NCBI RefSeq assembly: GCF_963921235.1
Contig: NC_086108.1
Coordinates: 4,712,001 to 4,776,000 of the forward strand
Origin: Mobula hypostoma
Lineage: Eukaryota
Direction: 5' to 3'
Length of the DNA stretch: 64,000 nucleotides
Shown here: in pieces, positions 1 through 12,360 of the stretch
How positions within the stretch are numbered: position 1 is the stretch's first letter
How the letters are laid out: every line of letters begins with the position of its first letter
Notes under the pieces: generated by a model
The model's database searches: none
Told to the model about the DNA's origin: nothing
What the model saw: only the letters and a program-made list of their open reading frames with translations
Position numbers and translations under genes: made by a program

Positions 1-131
1 CATAAGTTGAGGGTTGAAGAGTCCCATTAGAAGTTGAACTTACGACAACGCTGTAGTGTTTCTGGAGCCATTTACATTTCAAAACGTAGATCAAGTTCAA
101 AATAGCCTTACCCAAAGAATAAGCTTGTATA

Positions 132-430
132 GAGAAACATAGAAACATAGAAAATAGGTGCAGGAGTAGGCCATTCGGCCCTTCGAGCCTGCACCGCCAT
201 TTATTATGATCATGGCTGATCATCCAACTCAGAACCCCGCCCCAGCCTTCCCTCCATACCCCCTGATCCCCGTAGCCACAAGGGCCATATCTAACTCCCT
301 CTTAAATATAGCCAATGAACCGGCCTCAACTGTTTCCTGTGGCAGAGAATTCCACAGATTCACCACTCTCTGTGTGAAGAAGTTTTTCCTAATCTCGGTC
401 CTAAAAGGCTTCGCTTTTATCCTCAAACTG
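132..430 (-). mobile_element. CR1 LINE 3' fragment
   Basis: Minus ORF 229-426 (KPFRTEIRKNFFTQRVVNLWNSLP...) is a typical CR1 ORF2 C-terminus; (CATAGAAA)n tail at ~132-152. Confidence 0.9.
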
Positions 431-670
431 TTGGAAATCTAGTGTAACACACACCAAATGTTGGAGGAACTCAGCAGATCAGACAGCATCTGTGGAAGGG
501 AAGAAGCAGCTGATGTTTCGGGTGGAGATCCTTCATATAGCTTGATTAAGGTTCTTGGCTAGAAATGTCAGCCGGATATTCTCCTCCATGGATGCTGCCT
601 GATCTGCTGAGATCTCCCAGCATTTTGTGTGTGCCAGTCTGGATTTCCAGCATCTGCAGAATCTCTTGTG
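431..670. mobile_element. Old palindromic Penelope-like pLTR element
   Basis: Inverted arms (ggaggaactcagcagatcagacagcatc ... gatgctgcctgatctgctgagatctcc) homologous to the PLE 3' end at 7400-7540. Confidence 0.75.
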
Positions 671-800
671 CTTACGATATTTGTGACGTGCTTATAATGC
701 GGAAAAATTTAATGGAATGCAGAATGATTGGAATGCAAGCAATCTGGTTATAAAATGCAACTGGAAGGAGTGCATTCTGCTGACGGACATTTTATCTCAC

Positions 801-862
801 CTATTATTTAGAGAAGGTGACATAGATGTTACAGTATTGATTGTCACACAGCACCACCTCGT
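801..862 (-). CDS. Candidate host-gene exon (62 nt)
   Basis: Acceptor gtctttgtcatctttaaag|, donor AG|GTGAGA; phase-0 frame open (TRWCCVTINTVTSMSPSLNN); non-repetitive sequence. Confidence 0.3.
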
Positions 863-878
863 CTTTAAAGATGACAAA

Positions 879-1600
879 GACCTTGAGGAGCTGAATTACA
901 AGGAAAGGTACTTCATTGCCTGAGTGTAGGAGTTTGAGGGCTGACTTGATAGAGGTCTACAAAATTATGAGGGGGGTATAGGCAAGGTGTATGCATGCGG
1001 GACTTTTCCCCTCAGGTTAGGTGAGGCTAAAACTAGAGGTCATAGGTTAGGGATGAAAAGTGAAATATTTAAGGGGAACATGAAGAATATCTTCATTTAG
1101 AGGGTGGTGTGAGTGTGGATCGAGCAAATATGAGGAATATAGATAGGGTAAATCCAAACAGGACTTTTCCACTGAGGTTTGGAAAGACCAGAACTAGAGG
1201 ACAGAATCAGAATCAGCAGCATATGTCATTGAAAATTTTCAAAGTCCATTCAGAAATTGGATGTTAGAGGGGTTAAGGGTGAAAGTTGAGGGGAACCTCA
1301 GGGGAACTCACTCAGAGGGTGGTGCAAGTGTGGAATATAGATAGGGTAAATGCAGGCAGGCTTATTCCACTGAGATTTGGTGAGACCACAGTTATAGATT
1401 AAGAGTGAAAGATGAACTATTTAAGGGGAACTTCTTCACTCAGAGGGTGGTGAGAGTGTGGAACGGGCTGCCAGTGGAAGTGTTGGATGTGGGTTTGATT
1501 TCAACATTTAAGAGAAGTTTGAAGAGTACATGGATGGGAGGGGCTTGGAGGGCTATGTTCCAAGTGTACATTGAAGTTTGGAACAGACTAGATGGGCTCT
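879..1600 (+). mobile_element. Stack of CR1 3' fragments
   Basis: Repeated TRGHRLRVK / FFTQRVVRVWN-type segments; ORF 1405-1602. Confidence 0.85.
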
Positions 1601-1883
1601 AGATTATTTGTAACAAGAGAGCAATAATCCTTGTCTGGAGCCCGTTCTGAGTTATGCTGGATGGTGGCTTATGTGAAGAGCTTATGAAGCAGGAACAGGT
1701 CAGTCACCTTAATGGAGCTGTAGACGCTGGAATCTGGAGTAATGCACCTGTAGTCTCCAGTGTTAACTTCACAGAAAGTTGGTGTGGTTTATTATTGTCG
1801 CATTTGCTGAGGTAGAGTGAGAAACTGTTTTGCATGCCATCTGCACAAATTATTTCACCACATTAGTGCACTGGGGTAGTATG

Positions 1884-2170
1884 TTATTATTTACTTTACT
1901 TTACTTTATTGTCGCCAAACAATTGATACTAGAGTGTACAATCATCACAGCGATATTTAATTCTGCGCTTTGCGCTCCCTGGAGTACAAATCGATAGTAA
2001 ATAGTAAAAATTTAAATTATAAATCATAAATAGAAAATAGAAAAGGGAAAGTAAGGTAGTGCAAAAAAACCCAGAGGCAGGTCCGGATATTTGGAGAGTA
2101 CGCCCAGATCTGGGTCAGGATCCATTCAGCAGTCTTATCACAGTTGGAAAGAAGCTGTTCCCAAATCTGG
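1884..2170 (-). mobile_element. Rex1/Babar-like LINE 3' fragment
   Basis: (TTTAC)n tail on plus; gaaagaagctgttcc = RNSFFP motif on minus. Confidence 0.6.
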
Positions 2171-2223
2171 CCAAATCTTATGTTATGTGTGCATAATAAA
2201 GCAATTCACTTTCCAGTGGCCAG

Positions 2224-2762
2224 TGCAAGGGGTTCACCTGGAACAATGGTGACCAGGTTGTGCACACATGGGATTGAGCTGAAGTTCAGTACTAGAATGT
2301 TCTCAAGTAAACCCACACCAAATTTGTCTTTATTAAGAACATAAAATGGTGTCAGAAAGACACAAATATTAATGCAGCAAATGCACACAATACACCTGTG
2401 GAAACAAATGGCAGACCAAAAAGGACCATTAAACCACCTCAGAGAATGATTGAAAGTTGATGAGTGGATAAGGGACATCATAATTGAAGTTGAAATGTTG
2501 AACACTTGAAAATTTAAAAAAGAGAGAAAAAAGGCTGACTACAGAATGTAGATATCTTTGTTGGAAAGGACTGTTGTTCCTTGAAGTTTTATGAGGACAT
2601 TCTATTGTATTTGTTTTTCTTTCAAGGGGGAAGATGTGAGGGGTTCACCTGGAAGCAGATGGTGACTGGGCTGTGTGAGCACAGGGTTGAGCAGCAGCTC
2701 AGCAATAAAATGTTCCAACATAAACTTGTGCAAGTTTGTCTTTATTAAGAACAAACATAATA
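2224..2762 (+). mobile_element. Miniature gypsy-derived LTR element (TRIM-like)
   Basis: Direct repeats 2224-2346 and 2635-2762 starting TG; PBS TGGTGTCAGAA at 2347-2357; PPT AAGGGGGAAGA at 2624-2634; internal GRPKRTIKPPQRMIES* resembles a gypsy pol C-terminus. Confidence 0.8.
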
Positions 2763-3109
2763 GATCGTACGAAGGAGAACGAACAAGTCATTACCACAGC
2801 AGCAGTATTAAGCAGTTAGTCTCAGATTAGCTATATCACTGCAAGGTACAAAAGAATGAGAAAATCTGCAGATGCTGCAAATCCAAAGCAACACACACAA
2901 AATGCTAGAGGAACTCAGATCAGACAACGCTATACAAGGAATTAATGCAGAAAACCAAGTAATTGCAAAGAGTTCATAAACATTTTCTTGCAACTCTACT
3001 GACACTCCTGTGCCTAGTGTCACCTTATGGACATAAAATCAATCTATGCATATAAGTCATCTTATTTACTTATATTGTTTATTATTATTGTGTTCTTTAT
3101 CTATTTGAG

Positions 3110-3486
3110 GGTGACGGGATAGAAATACGTCTCTACCAAAGGAGGTGTAAGGCGCACCTTCCCTCCGCTAGCTTGCAGGTCACCCTTGGGTGAGGTGCAG
3201 CACCCGCTTAGCCCCCTGATCAGGGTCACATGAAGCCATGGGAGCAGGTGGTGGATGGTCGTATGAGCAGCCGGTGCAGATCACAAGTCCTGGTTATGCG
3301 ACCACTAACGCCAGGCAAACAATCTTTGAAGAGTATTGATAATGGCTGGGGTCACCCATCTTGTAAAGACACTGCCCAGAAGAAGGCAGACCACTTCTGT
3401 AGAAAAATTTGTCAAAAATGATCATGATGATGGAAAGACCATGATCACCCACGTCATAGAATACGGCATGTAATGATGATGATGAT
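3110..3486 (+). mobile_element. Non-autonomous retroelement family A (RTE-type 3' end, (GAT)n tail)
   Basis: Same ~380-bp element recurs at 4615-4975(-), 19335-19460(-, partial), 29739-30125(-) and 52080-52470(+). Confidence 0.75.
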
Positions 3487-4614
3487 TTAACTTTTGTGCC
3501 TTTTTTTTGTGCTCCATCAGATCCGGAGAAACAATTATTTTGTTCTCCTTTTCACTTGTGTACTGGAATTGACACTGAACCACCTTGAATCGTCCATACC
3601 GATCATTTCATCACATCGGTACAATGAGGTAGTACAAATGAAAAGCCACAGAAGAATGAAAGAGTCACTATCACAGCAGCTGCATCAAGCAGTTAGTCCC
3701 AGAGCTACAGAGATCACTAGACAACAAAGAGTTTGTTTCCTGAATGCCTTTGGGTGTACCTTACAGATTTTGGGCTGCTGATCATGAAAATCGCCACGAA
3801 GTTTTTTTAATCACGAACCATTTTGTTAAAATCACCTATGTTTTTTAAAATGTTGCCCACGATACAAGCTAAAAAGTTTTCTATCTTGTCCACCTTTGAG
3901 CAGTTCTATCACAACCACAAAAAATTCTGAGGAAACAACACTTCTGAAAAGAATTTGCTGTCCAGTAGATCGAGAGGGTTGCAAACTCAGCTCGCTCCAT
4001 CATGGGCAGAGCGTTCTCCGCCACTGAGAACACCTTCAAAAAGCAATGCCTCAAGAAGGTGGCATCCATCACATGCGCCACCCAGGATGTGCCTACTTCG
4101 TGTTACTACCATCAGAGAGGTGATGTAGGAGACTGAAGGCCCCCACACAATGCAGCTGATTTCCTTTTTGCCATAACATTTCTGAAAAGTCAATATTCGA
4201 CTTTTGTACTTCGTAATTTTTAGTAATCCTTATATCTTGCGATTTACTGCTCCTGTGAAGCAACAATTTTCTCAACAAATGTCTGTGGTAATAAACCTGA
4301 TTCTGATTAGCACAGTGCTGATCCAGTGATGGGTGATCTGACTGGCTGGTCCCTACAGATGGAGATATAGAGCTGGACCAGGCAGACAGTGGATGTGTCT
4401 TGGATGTCAACTTTAAATGATAGGTCAAGCTGTCTGGCGAAGTTCTTGGGAAAGGTATTACAGTGACATCCTGAAGATAATAAACAAGACCTCAAATCTG
4501 TTTGAACAATTTCAGTTAATCTAAAAATTTGGTCTTCATTCTTGGTGCCCATGTCCAAAGTCATCAGATGGGTTGCAGAGTCAGCTTGGTACTTCTGACA
4601 GGTCAGCATCACCA

Positions 4615-4975
4615 TTACACACCATGTCGTACGGTGCAAGAGACCATGGTCTTAAATCATGATTGTTCAAGGCAGATTTTTCTACAGAAGTAGTTTGCCA
4701 TTGCCTTCTTCTGGGCAGTGTCTTTACAAGACAGATAACACCCCCACCCCCAGGCCATTATCAATACTGTTCAGATATTGTCCACCTGGCGCCAGTGGTC
4801 ACATAACCAAGACTTGTGATGTGTACCGGCTGCTCATACCACCACCCACCACCTGCTCCCATGGCTTCTTGTGACCCTGACTGGGGGCTAAGCAGGTGCT
4901 ACACCTTGCCCAAGGGTGATCTGCAGCCTAGTGGAGGGAAAGAGCGCCTTACACCTCCTTGGGTAGAGATGTAAT
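4615..4975 (-). mobile_element. Family A copy
   Basis: Reverse complement of 3110-3486. Confidence 0.75.
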
Positions 4976-5852
4976 CTCTACATCTATAAAAAACAGTCTA
5001 AGATTTTTTAAGAAAACCGTAAGATGAAGGAAGTGGGGCACCATGGTATCGTGGTTAGCGTGATGCCATTACAACTTGGGGCAACGGAATTTGGAGTTTA
5101 ATTCCAAGTGGAGGTAATCACTGGCAGTCGTAAGCATGCAGCCTGGGTACTTTGGTTGTCTGACTCTGATCCTGAGGCAACGGAGTAACTTGGTGCATCC
5201 CAGGTGACTGAGCAGCCTTATTCAAGGTCAGCACAGCTCACCCACAAATGGGGCAAGCGACTAGAAAAGGTGTCTCAAAAATTGCTTGCCCCAAGCCAAC
5301 TGGCCAGCATACCATAGCTGCTGATTTTACCAACCTGGATTAGTGAGCGAGCAACTAATGAAACTTCGATTTTCTCTCAACCCATCTCGTCACGTCCACT
5401 ATGACCTACAGTGATGAGGTCAAGGAGAACTGCTAACAATTTGATCAAATTGTGAAATCAGCACCTCCAGGAGATAAGCTGCTTCTGCTTGGCAACTTTA
5501 ACATGAGGGTTAGCAAAGATTTCAGAAACTGGAAAGGGGAGTTAGGTCTGCCTGGTGATAGCAAAATGGACAGTACCAGTCTGCGGCTGTTGAGCCTCTG
5601 TGCTGTAAATGATCCGACTATCCCCAACACCCTGTTCAGGCAAGCTGACAAGTACAGGACAACACGGAAGCAGCTGAGATCCATAGAGTGGCACCTGATA
5701 AATTTTCTCATCACTCGGAGGTGGGACGCTGGTGACTTCAGGATGACCACAGCGATATGCGGAGGAGAGTACTGAACTGACCATCAGCTGGTTAGATCGA
5801 TTCTTACAATACGCATTGCTCTGAAACATCGCAAGAAGCCAAAGGCCAGTCA

Positions 5853-7541
5853 GTTCCCCTCTACCACCACTCTGCTCCGTCTAGCGAAACTAGTCCTTAC
5901 TCTTAATAATTTCTCCTTTGGCTCCTCCAAACTAAAGGTGTAGCTATGGGCACCCTCATGGATCCGAGCTATGCCTGCCTTTTTGTTGGCTTTGTGGAAC
6001 AATCTATGTTCCGTACCTATTCTGATATCTGTCCCCCACTTTTCTTTCGCTACATCGACGACTGCATTGGCGCTGCTTCCTGCACGCATGCTGAGCTTGT
6101 TGACTTTATTAACTTTGCCTCCAAATTTCACCCTGCCCTCAAGTTTACCTGGTCCATTTCCGACACCTCCCTCCACTTTCTAGATCTTTCTGTCTCTGTC
6201 TCTAGAGACAGCTTATCTACTGATGTCTACTATAAGCCTACTGACTCTCACAGCTATCTGGACTATTCCTCTTCTCACCGTCTCTTGCAAAAATGCCATC
6301 CCCTTCTCGCAATTCCTCCGTCTCCGCCGCATCTGCTCTCAGGATGAGGCTTTTCATTCCAGGATGAGGGAGATGTCCTCTTTTTTTAAAGAAAGGGGCT
6401 TCCCTTCCTCCACCATCAACTCTGCTCTCAAACGCATCTCCCCCATTTCGTGCACACCTGCTCTCACTCCATCCTCCCGCCACCCCACTAGGAATAGGGT
6501 TCCCCTGGTCCTCACCTACCATCCCACCAGCCTCCGGGTCCAACATATTATTCTCTGTAGCTTCCGCCACCTCCAACGGGATCCCACCACTAAGCACATC
6601 TTTCCCTCCCCACCTCTCTCTGCTTTCCGCAAGGATCACTCCCTACGCGACTCCCTTGTCCATTCGTCCCCCCCATTCCTCCCCACTGATCTCCCTCCTG
6701 GCACTTATCCTTGTAAGCGGAACAAGTGCTACACATCCCCTTACACTTCCTCCCTTACCACCATTCAGGGCCCCAAACAGTCCTTCCAGGTGAGGCGACA
6801 CTTCACCTGTGAGTCAGCTGGGGTGATAGATGCGTCCGGTGCTCCTGATGTGGCCTTTTATATATTGGCGAGACCCGACGCAGACTGGGAGATCGCCTTG
6901 CTGAACACCTACGCTCTGTCCGCCAGAGAAAGCAGGATCTCCCAGTGGCCACACATTTTAATTCCACATCCCATTCCCATTCTGACATGTCTATCCACGG
7001 CCTCCTCTACTGTAGAGATGAAGCCACACTCAGGTTGGAGGAACAACACCCTATATTCCGTCTGGGTAGCCTCCAACCTGATGGCATGAACACTGACTTC
7101 TCTAACTTCCGCTAATGCCCCACCTCCCCCTCATACCCCATCCGTTATTTATTTATATACACACATTCTTTCTCTCTCTCTCCTTTTTCTCCCTCTGTTC
7201 CTCTGACTATACTCCTTGCCCATCCTCTGGGTTCCCCCCCTCCTCCTTTTCCTTCTCCCTAGGCCTCCTGTCCCATGATCCTCTCATATCCCTTTTGCCA
7301 ATCACCTGTCCAGCTCTTGGCTCCATCCCTCCCCCTCCTGCCTTCTCCTATCATTCTGGATCTCCTCCTCCCACTTTTAAATCTCTTACTAGCTCTTTCT
7401 TCAGTTAGTCCTGACGAAGGGTCTCGGCCTGAAACGTCGACTGTACCTCTTCCTAGAGATGCTGCCTAGCCTGCTGCGTTCACCAGCAACTTTGATGTGT
7501 GTTGCTTGAATTTCCAGCATCTGCAGAATTCCTCGTGTTGA
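5853..7541 (+). mobile_element. 5'-truncated Penelope-like element (RT + GIY-YIG + pLTR)
   Basis: GVAMG...FFRYIDDCIG...HFLDL...YYKPTDSHSYL (RT); FTCESAGVI...YIGETRRRLGDRLAEH (GIY-YIG); pyrimidine-rich 3' region and pLTR; CAGTCA at both junctions. Confidence 0.93.
7407..7442 (+). ncRNA. Minimal type I hammerhead ribozyme motif in PLE pLTR
   Basis: AGTC-CTGACGA-AGGGTCTCGGCCT-GAAAC-GTC^GACT: core CUGANGA/GAAA, helix I AGTC/GACT, GUC triplet (predicted cut after 7438). Confidence 0.8.
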
Positions 7542-9593
7542 CAGTCATTCGATATCGGGAAGCTGACCACCCCTGGCACCAGGAACAATTTGTGGACAAT
7601 CTGGATGAGAAATTGATGCTACACGGCCCCCTCATTTGGAAACCCCGCACAGAAACGCAAGGACTATAAAGCCCTGGTACAGAGTTGGCTACATCTTTTC
7701 TCAGGTCCAGAAGCAGAACCACCAAGACTGGTTTGATGAAAATGATGAAAGCATCACAAAGATCTTGCAAGCAAAGCAGAAAGCATTTATTGCATGGCAG
7801 AATGACTTGTCCTGTTTCAAAACGTGATCAGTTTAAGCATCTCCAGAGACAAGCATAGAGTGCACTACGCAGAATGCAGGATGCATCGCGGGAGAGAAAA
7901 GCAGAAGTTGTTCAGTGCTACGCTGACACAAAAAACTGAAAGATGTTTATCAGGACCATTGAAGCAGTCTATGGACTGCACAAACCGAATCACACACCCC
8001 TCTTATTGGCAGCTGGTAAAATGCTGCACAGGGCGAGAATTAACATTAATGAGAGATGGAGAGAACACTTCAGTAGCCTTCTCAACATGTTGATTGAACC
8101 GTGCTTAATCAGATCACCCAGATGTCTGCTATCAACACTCTTGATCTCCTTCCTACCCTGGATGAAGTCAGGAAGGCCATTTCTCAGACAAAGTCTGGTA
8201 AGGCCCCTGGGAGGGATGGAATTCCTAATGAGCTCTTTAAGTCAGCAGGCTCACTAGCACTCACAGTGTTCCATGACATCCTGACAAGCACATAAGCGGA
8301 AGAAGGCACGCCTGAGGTCTTCAGGGATGCCACAATAGTTCCACTGTTCAGGGGCAAAGGTGGCAGGGCTCACTGCGGCAACGACCAGGGTATATCTCTC
8401 CTGTCTGTCACGGGGAAAATTGTCCTCAACTGCTTGATTGCCAACATATCAGAGGCGAACCATCTTGAGGCACAGTGTGGCTTTTGCCCATGTACTATCG
8501 ACACGGTTTCACCATCTGTCAGATTCAACAGCAGTGTACTGAACAGAATTCGCAACTACGTGCCATCTTCATAGACCTAACCAAAGCCTTTGATATGGTC
8601 CACAGGGAGCTCCTATGGTGAATGCTGTCAAAACTTGGGTGCTTGTGCAGATTCAGCAATCTCGTCCGCGTCTTCCACAATGACATCAGTGGCCTTGTTC
8701 TGTCAAATGGGGAGACTTTGATGCCATTCTCCATTTTAAGTGGCATGATGCAAAAGTGTACTGGCACCTCTGCTGTTTAATTTGTTCCTCACGCGCGTAC
8801 GACACCACGCATTCGGCATTGTACAACATCCGATATACCTAAGTACAGGATGGACTTGAGGGCCCGTACAAAAACACTTAGCAATTTCATTCGAGAAGCC
8901 AGATATGCTGATCACTGTACCCTCATGGCCTACATGGGAGCTGATCTTCAGCTGCTTGTCGATAGGTTTGCAGAAGTCACTTGTCTCTTTGGCCTCACCA
9001 TCAGCCTACAAAGGACTGAAGTCCTGTTCTAACCCGGACCAATGTCTACTGACCCCAGCCCCATCCACCTGCATCAAAGGTATACAGCTTAGAACAGTGG
9101 AGGAATTCAAATACCTCGGAAATGTTATTTATAGTGATGGCTCCCTCGACGAAGAAATCAGTAGTAGGATTTGCAAGGCCAGTCAATCCTTCAGGAACTT
9201 GTGTGCATGCATTTATTGAACCAGCATAACATCTGAAAAGCCACGAAACTCAAGGTGTACAAAGCGGTCGCCATTAGCAGTCTATTATATGGCTGTGAAA
9301 CCTGGTCCGTATACAGAAGGCTGGAAGACTTCCATCCACGTAGTCTGAGAGCAATCCTGGACGTCCACTGGCAGGACCGCGTCACCAACGAGCACAAGCA
9401 TGGAAGCAATGATCCTGCAAGCCAGCCTCACTGGACAGGGCATGTTCCAGAATACCCAAACAATTGCAATATGGAGAAGTGTCGCAAGGAAGAAGAGATG
9501 GGGGCGACCTCGTAAGAGGTTCAAGGACTGTGTGAAGGCCAACCTGGTGCATGCAGACACTGCACCTAGGCAGCTTGAGTGGAGAGCTCAGGG

Positions 9594-9731
9594 CCAGACT
9601 GGATGCGTGCCCTGGTCCAACAGACAAGCCTCCAACAAACCAGACTGGATATGTGCCCTGGTCCGACAGACAAGCCTCCAACAAACCAGACTGGGTAGCG
9701 TGCCCTGGTCCAACAGACAAGCCTCCAACAA
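9594..9731 (+). repeat. 3 x 46-bp tandem repeat inside RTE 3' region
   Basis: ccagactggatgcgtgccctggtccaacagacaagcctccaacaaa units start at 9594, 9640, 9686. Confidence 0.9.
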
Positions 9732-9939
9732 CTTCAACAGACACATGCAGATCTGGTCGCTGCTCAAGAGAGGAGAAAAATGGCCACACCAGTTGCTCCA
9801 ACAGCGGCTGGACAGTTTACCTGTCCTCACTGTCAACACTCATGCCTTTCTACAATCGGACTGCAAAGCTACCTGAGAACACACGAATGATGAGCTGCAC
9901 AGACAAACATCATTGTCAGAATTGACAGACAACCAACAT

Positions 9940-10510
9940 GTTCAAAGTAAACTTATTATCAAAGTCCATATATGTCACTATACACAACCCAGAATTTGTT
10001 TTCTTGTAGGTATGTTAAATAAACCCATAATGGAATAATAACCATAATAGACTCAATGAAAGACTGCACCAACTAGGGCATCCAAAAACAAAAAGCCAAA
10101 ATAATAATAATAAATAAATAAGCAATAAATATCAAGAACATGAGATGAAGAGCCCTTGAAGGTGAGTCCATAGACTGTGGGAACATTTCAATGATGTGGC
10201 AAATGAAGTTGAGTGAAGTTATCCTCTTTGGTTCAAGAACCTGATGGTTGAGGGGGAGCAACTATTCCTGAATCCAGTGGGTCCTGAAGCTCCTGTACCT
10301 CCTTCCTGATGGCAGCAGATCCAGAGCATGTCCTGGGTGGTGAGGGTCCCTGGTGATGGATACTGCTTTCTTGTGATAGTGTTTCACGTAGATGTGTTCA
10401 ATGTTGGGGCGGGCTTTACTCATTATGTGTTGGGCTGTATCTCCTAATTTTTGTTGGGACTTTCTATTCAAGGGCGTTGGTGTTTCCATACCAGGCCGTG
10501 ACATAGCCAG
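9940..10510 (-). mobile_element. Rex1/Babar LINE 3' fragment
   Basis: ORF 10262-10504 RDPHHPGHAL..LLPSGRRYRS. Confidence 0.8.
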
Positions 10511-10669
10511 TCAATATACATATGATAAATAAATGAATCCAAATCTGAATCGCCAGCCACTGGGACATGATAATCACTAAATATCAGAAAATATTGGCCT
10601 TTTGCATCAAACTTCCAATTAATTTCCCCTCGAACTATTAACTGGGAAATCTGTGGCCACCTGTGACTA

Positions 10670-12278
10670 CAGAGGCAAGCAAAAGTTTGGGCACCCTGGA
10701 CAAAATCTCTGTTACTGTGAATAGCTAAGCCAGTAAAAGATGAACTGATTTCCAGAAGGCATAAAGTTAAAGATGACACATTTCTTTACTATTTTAAGCA
10801 AAATTACTTTTTTATTTCCATCTTTTACAGTTTCAAAATAATAACAAAGGAAAAGGGCCTGAAGCAAAAGTTTGGGCACCCTGCATGGTCAGTACTTAGT
10901 TACACCCTCTTTGGCAAGTATCACAGTTTGTAAATGCTTTTTGTACCCAGTTAAGAGTCTTTCAATTCTTGTTTGGAGGATTTTTGCCCATTCTTCCTTG
11001 CAAAAGGCTTCTAGTTCTGTGAGATTCTTGGGCTGTCTTGCATGCACTGCTCTTTTGAGGTCTATCCATATATTCTCGATTATGTTGCGGTCGGGGGACT
11101 GTGAGGGCCATGACAAAACCTTCAGCTTGTGCCTCTTGAGGTAGTCCATTGTGGATTTTGAGGTGTGTTTAGGATCATTATCCCTCTTTTCATCTTCAGC
11201 TTTTTTCTTTAAACAGACGGTGTGATGTTTGCTTCCAGAACTTGCTGGTATTTAATTGAATTCTTTCTTCCCTCTACCATTGAAATGTTCCTTGTGCCAC
11301 TGACTGCAACACAAGCCCAAAGCATGATCGATCCACCCCCGTGCTTAACAGTTGGAGAGGTGTTCTTTTCATGAAATTCTGCACCCTTTTTTCTCCAAAC
11401 ATACCTTTGCTCATTGTGGCCAGAAAGTTCTATTTTAACTTCATCAGTCCACAGGACTTGTTTCCAAAATGCATCAGGCTTGTTTAGATGTTCCTTTGCA
11501 AACTTGATGCTGAATTTTGTGGTGAGGACGCAGGAAAGGTTTTCTTCTGATGACTCTTCCATGAAGGTCATATTTGTGCAGGTGTTGCTGCACAGTAGAA
11601 CAGTGCACACCACTCCAGAGTCTGCTAAATCTTCCTGAATGTCTTTTGCAGTCAAACGGGGGTTTTGTTTTGTCTTTCTAGCAATCCTATGAGCAGTTCT
11701 CTCGGAAAGTTTTCTTGGTCTTCCAGACCTTAACTTGACCTCCACCATTCCTGTTAACTGCCATTTCTTAATTACATTACGAATTGAGGAAATGGCTACC
11801 TGAAAACACTTTTCTATCATCTTACAGCCTTCTCCTGCTTTGTGGGCATCATTTATTTTAATTTTCAGAGTGCTAGGCAGCTGCTTTGAGGAGCCCATGG
11901 CTGCTGATTGTTGGGACAAGGTTTGGGGAGTCAGAGTATTTATAAAGCTTTGAAATTTGCATCACCTGACCTTTCCTAACGATGACTATGAACAAGCCAC
12001 AGCCCTAACAAGCTAATTAAGGATCTGAGACCTTGGTAAAAGTTATCTGAGAGCTCAAATCTCTTGGGATGCCCAAACTTTTGCATGGTTCTCCTTTCCT
12101 TTTTTTCACTCTAAAGTTGTACAAAACAAAAATAATACGCTAATTTTGCTTAAAATGTTGAAAAGAATGTTTCATCTTTAACTTTATGCCTTTTGGAGAT
12201 CAGTTCATCTTCTACTCACTTAACTACTCACAGTAAAAGAAATTTTGACCAGGGAGCCCAAACTTTTGCATACCACTG
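10670..12278 (-). mobile_element. Tc1 DNA transposon, full length, IR/DR type
   Basis: TA at 10668-10669 and 12279-12280; ~210-bp imperfect TIRs with outer and inner GCAAAAGTTTGGGC.CCC repeats. Confidence 0.95.
10889..11898 (-). pseudogene. Disrupted DD34E Tc1 transposase
   Basis: MGSSKQL..RSGRPRK..WTDE..KHGGGSIMLWAC..DNDPKH..WPSQSPDRNIIE with 34 residues between D and E; frameshifts, a stop and a small deletion near 11185. Confidence 0.92.
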
Positions 12279-12360
12279 TATATTTACTTCAAGTTGTGTT
12301 GTGGTGTATTAAATTACGTGAAAAATGTTAAATGATAGTCTGAACAGTTCCAAGTGACAC

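Larger units (their letters stand above)
5110..9935 (+). mobile_element. Degenerate RTE-clade LINE, interrupted by a PLE
   Basis: APE LLLLGNFNMRV (5452-5775); GKAPGRDGIPNELFK (~8195); QCGF, FIDLTKAFD (~8470-8595); YADHC (~8903); LLYGCETW; GRPRKRFKDCVKANL; many frameshifts and stops. Confidence 0.9.

Noticed and set aside
9382..9925. Repeat-containing ORFs
   Set aside because: By-products of the RTE 3' end and its 46-bp tandem duplication
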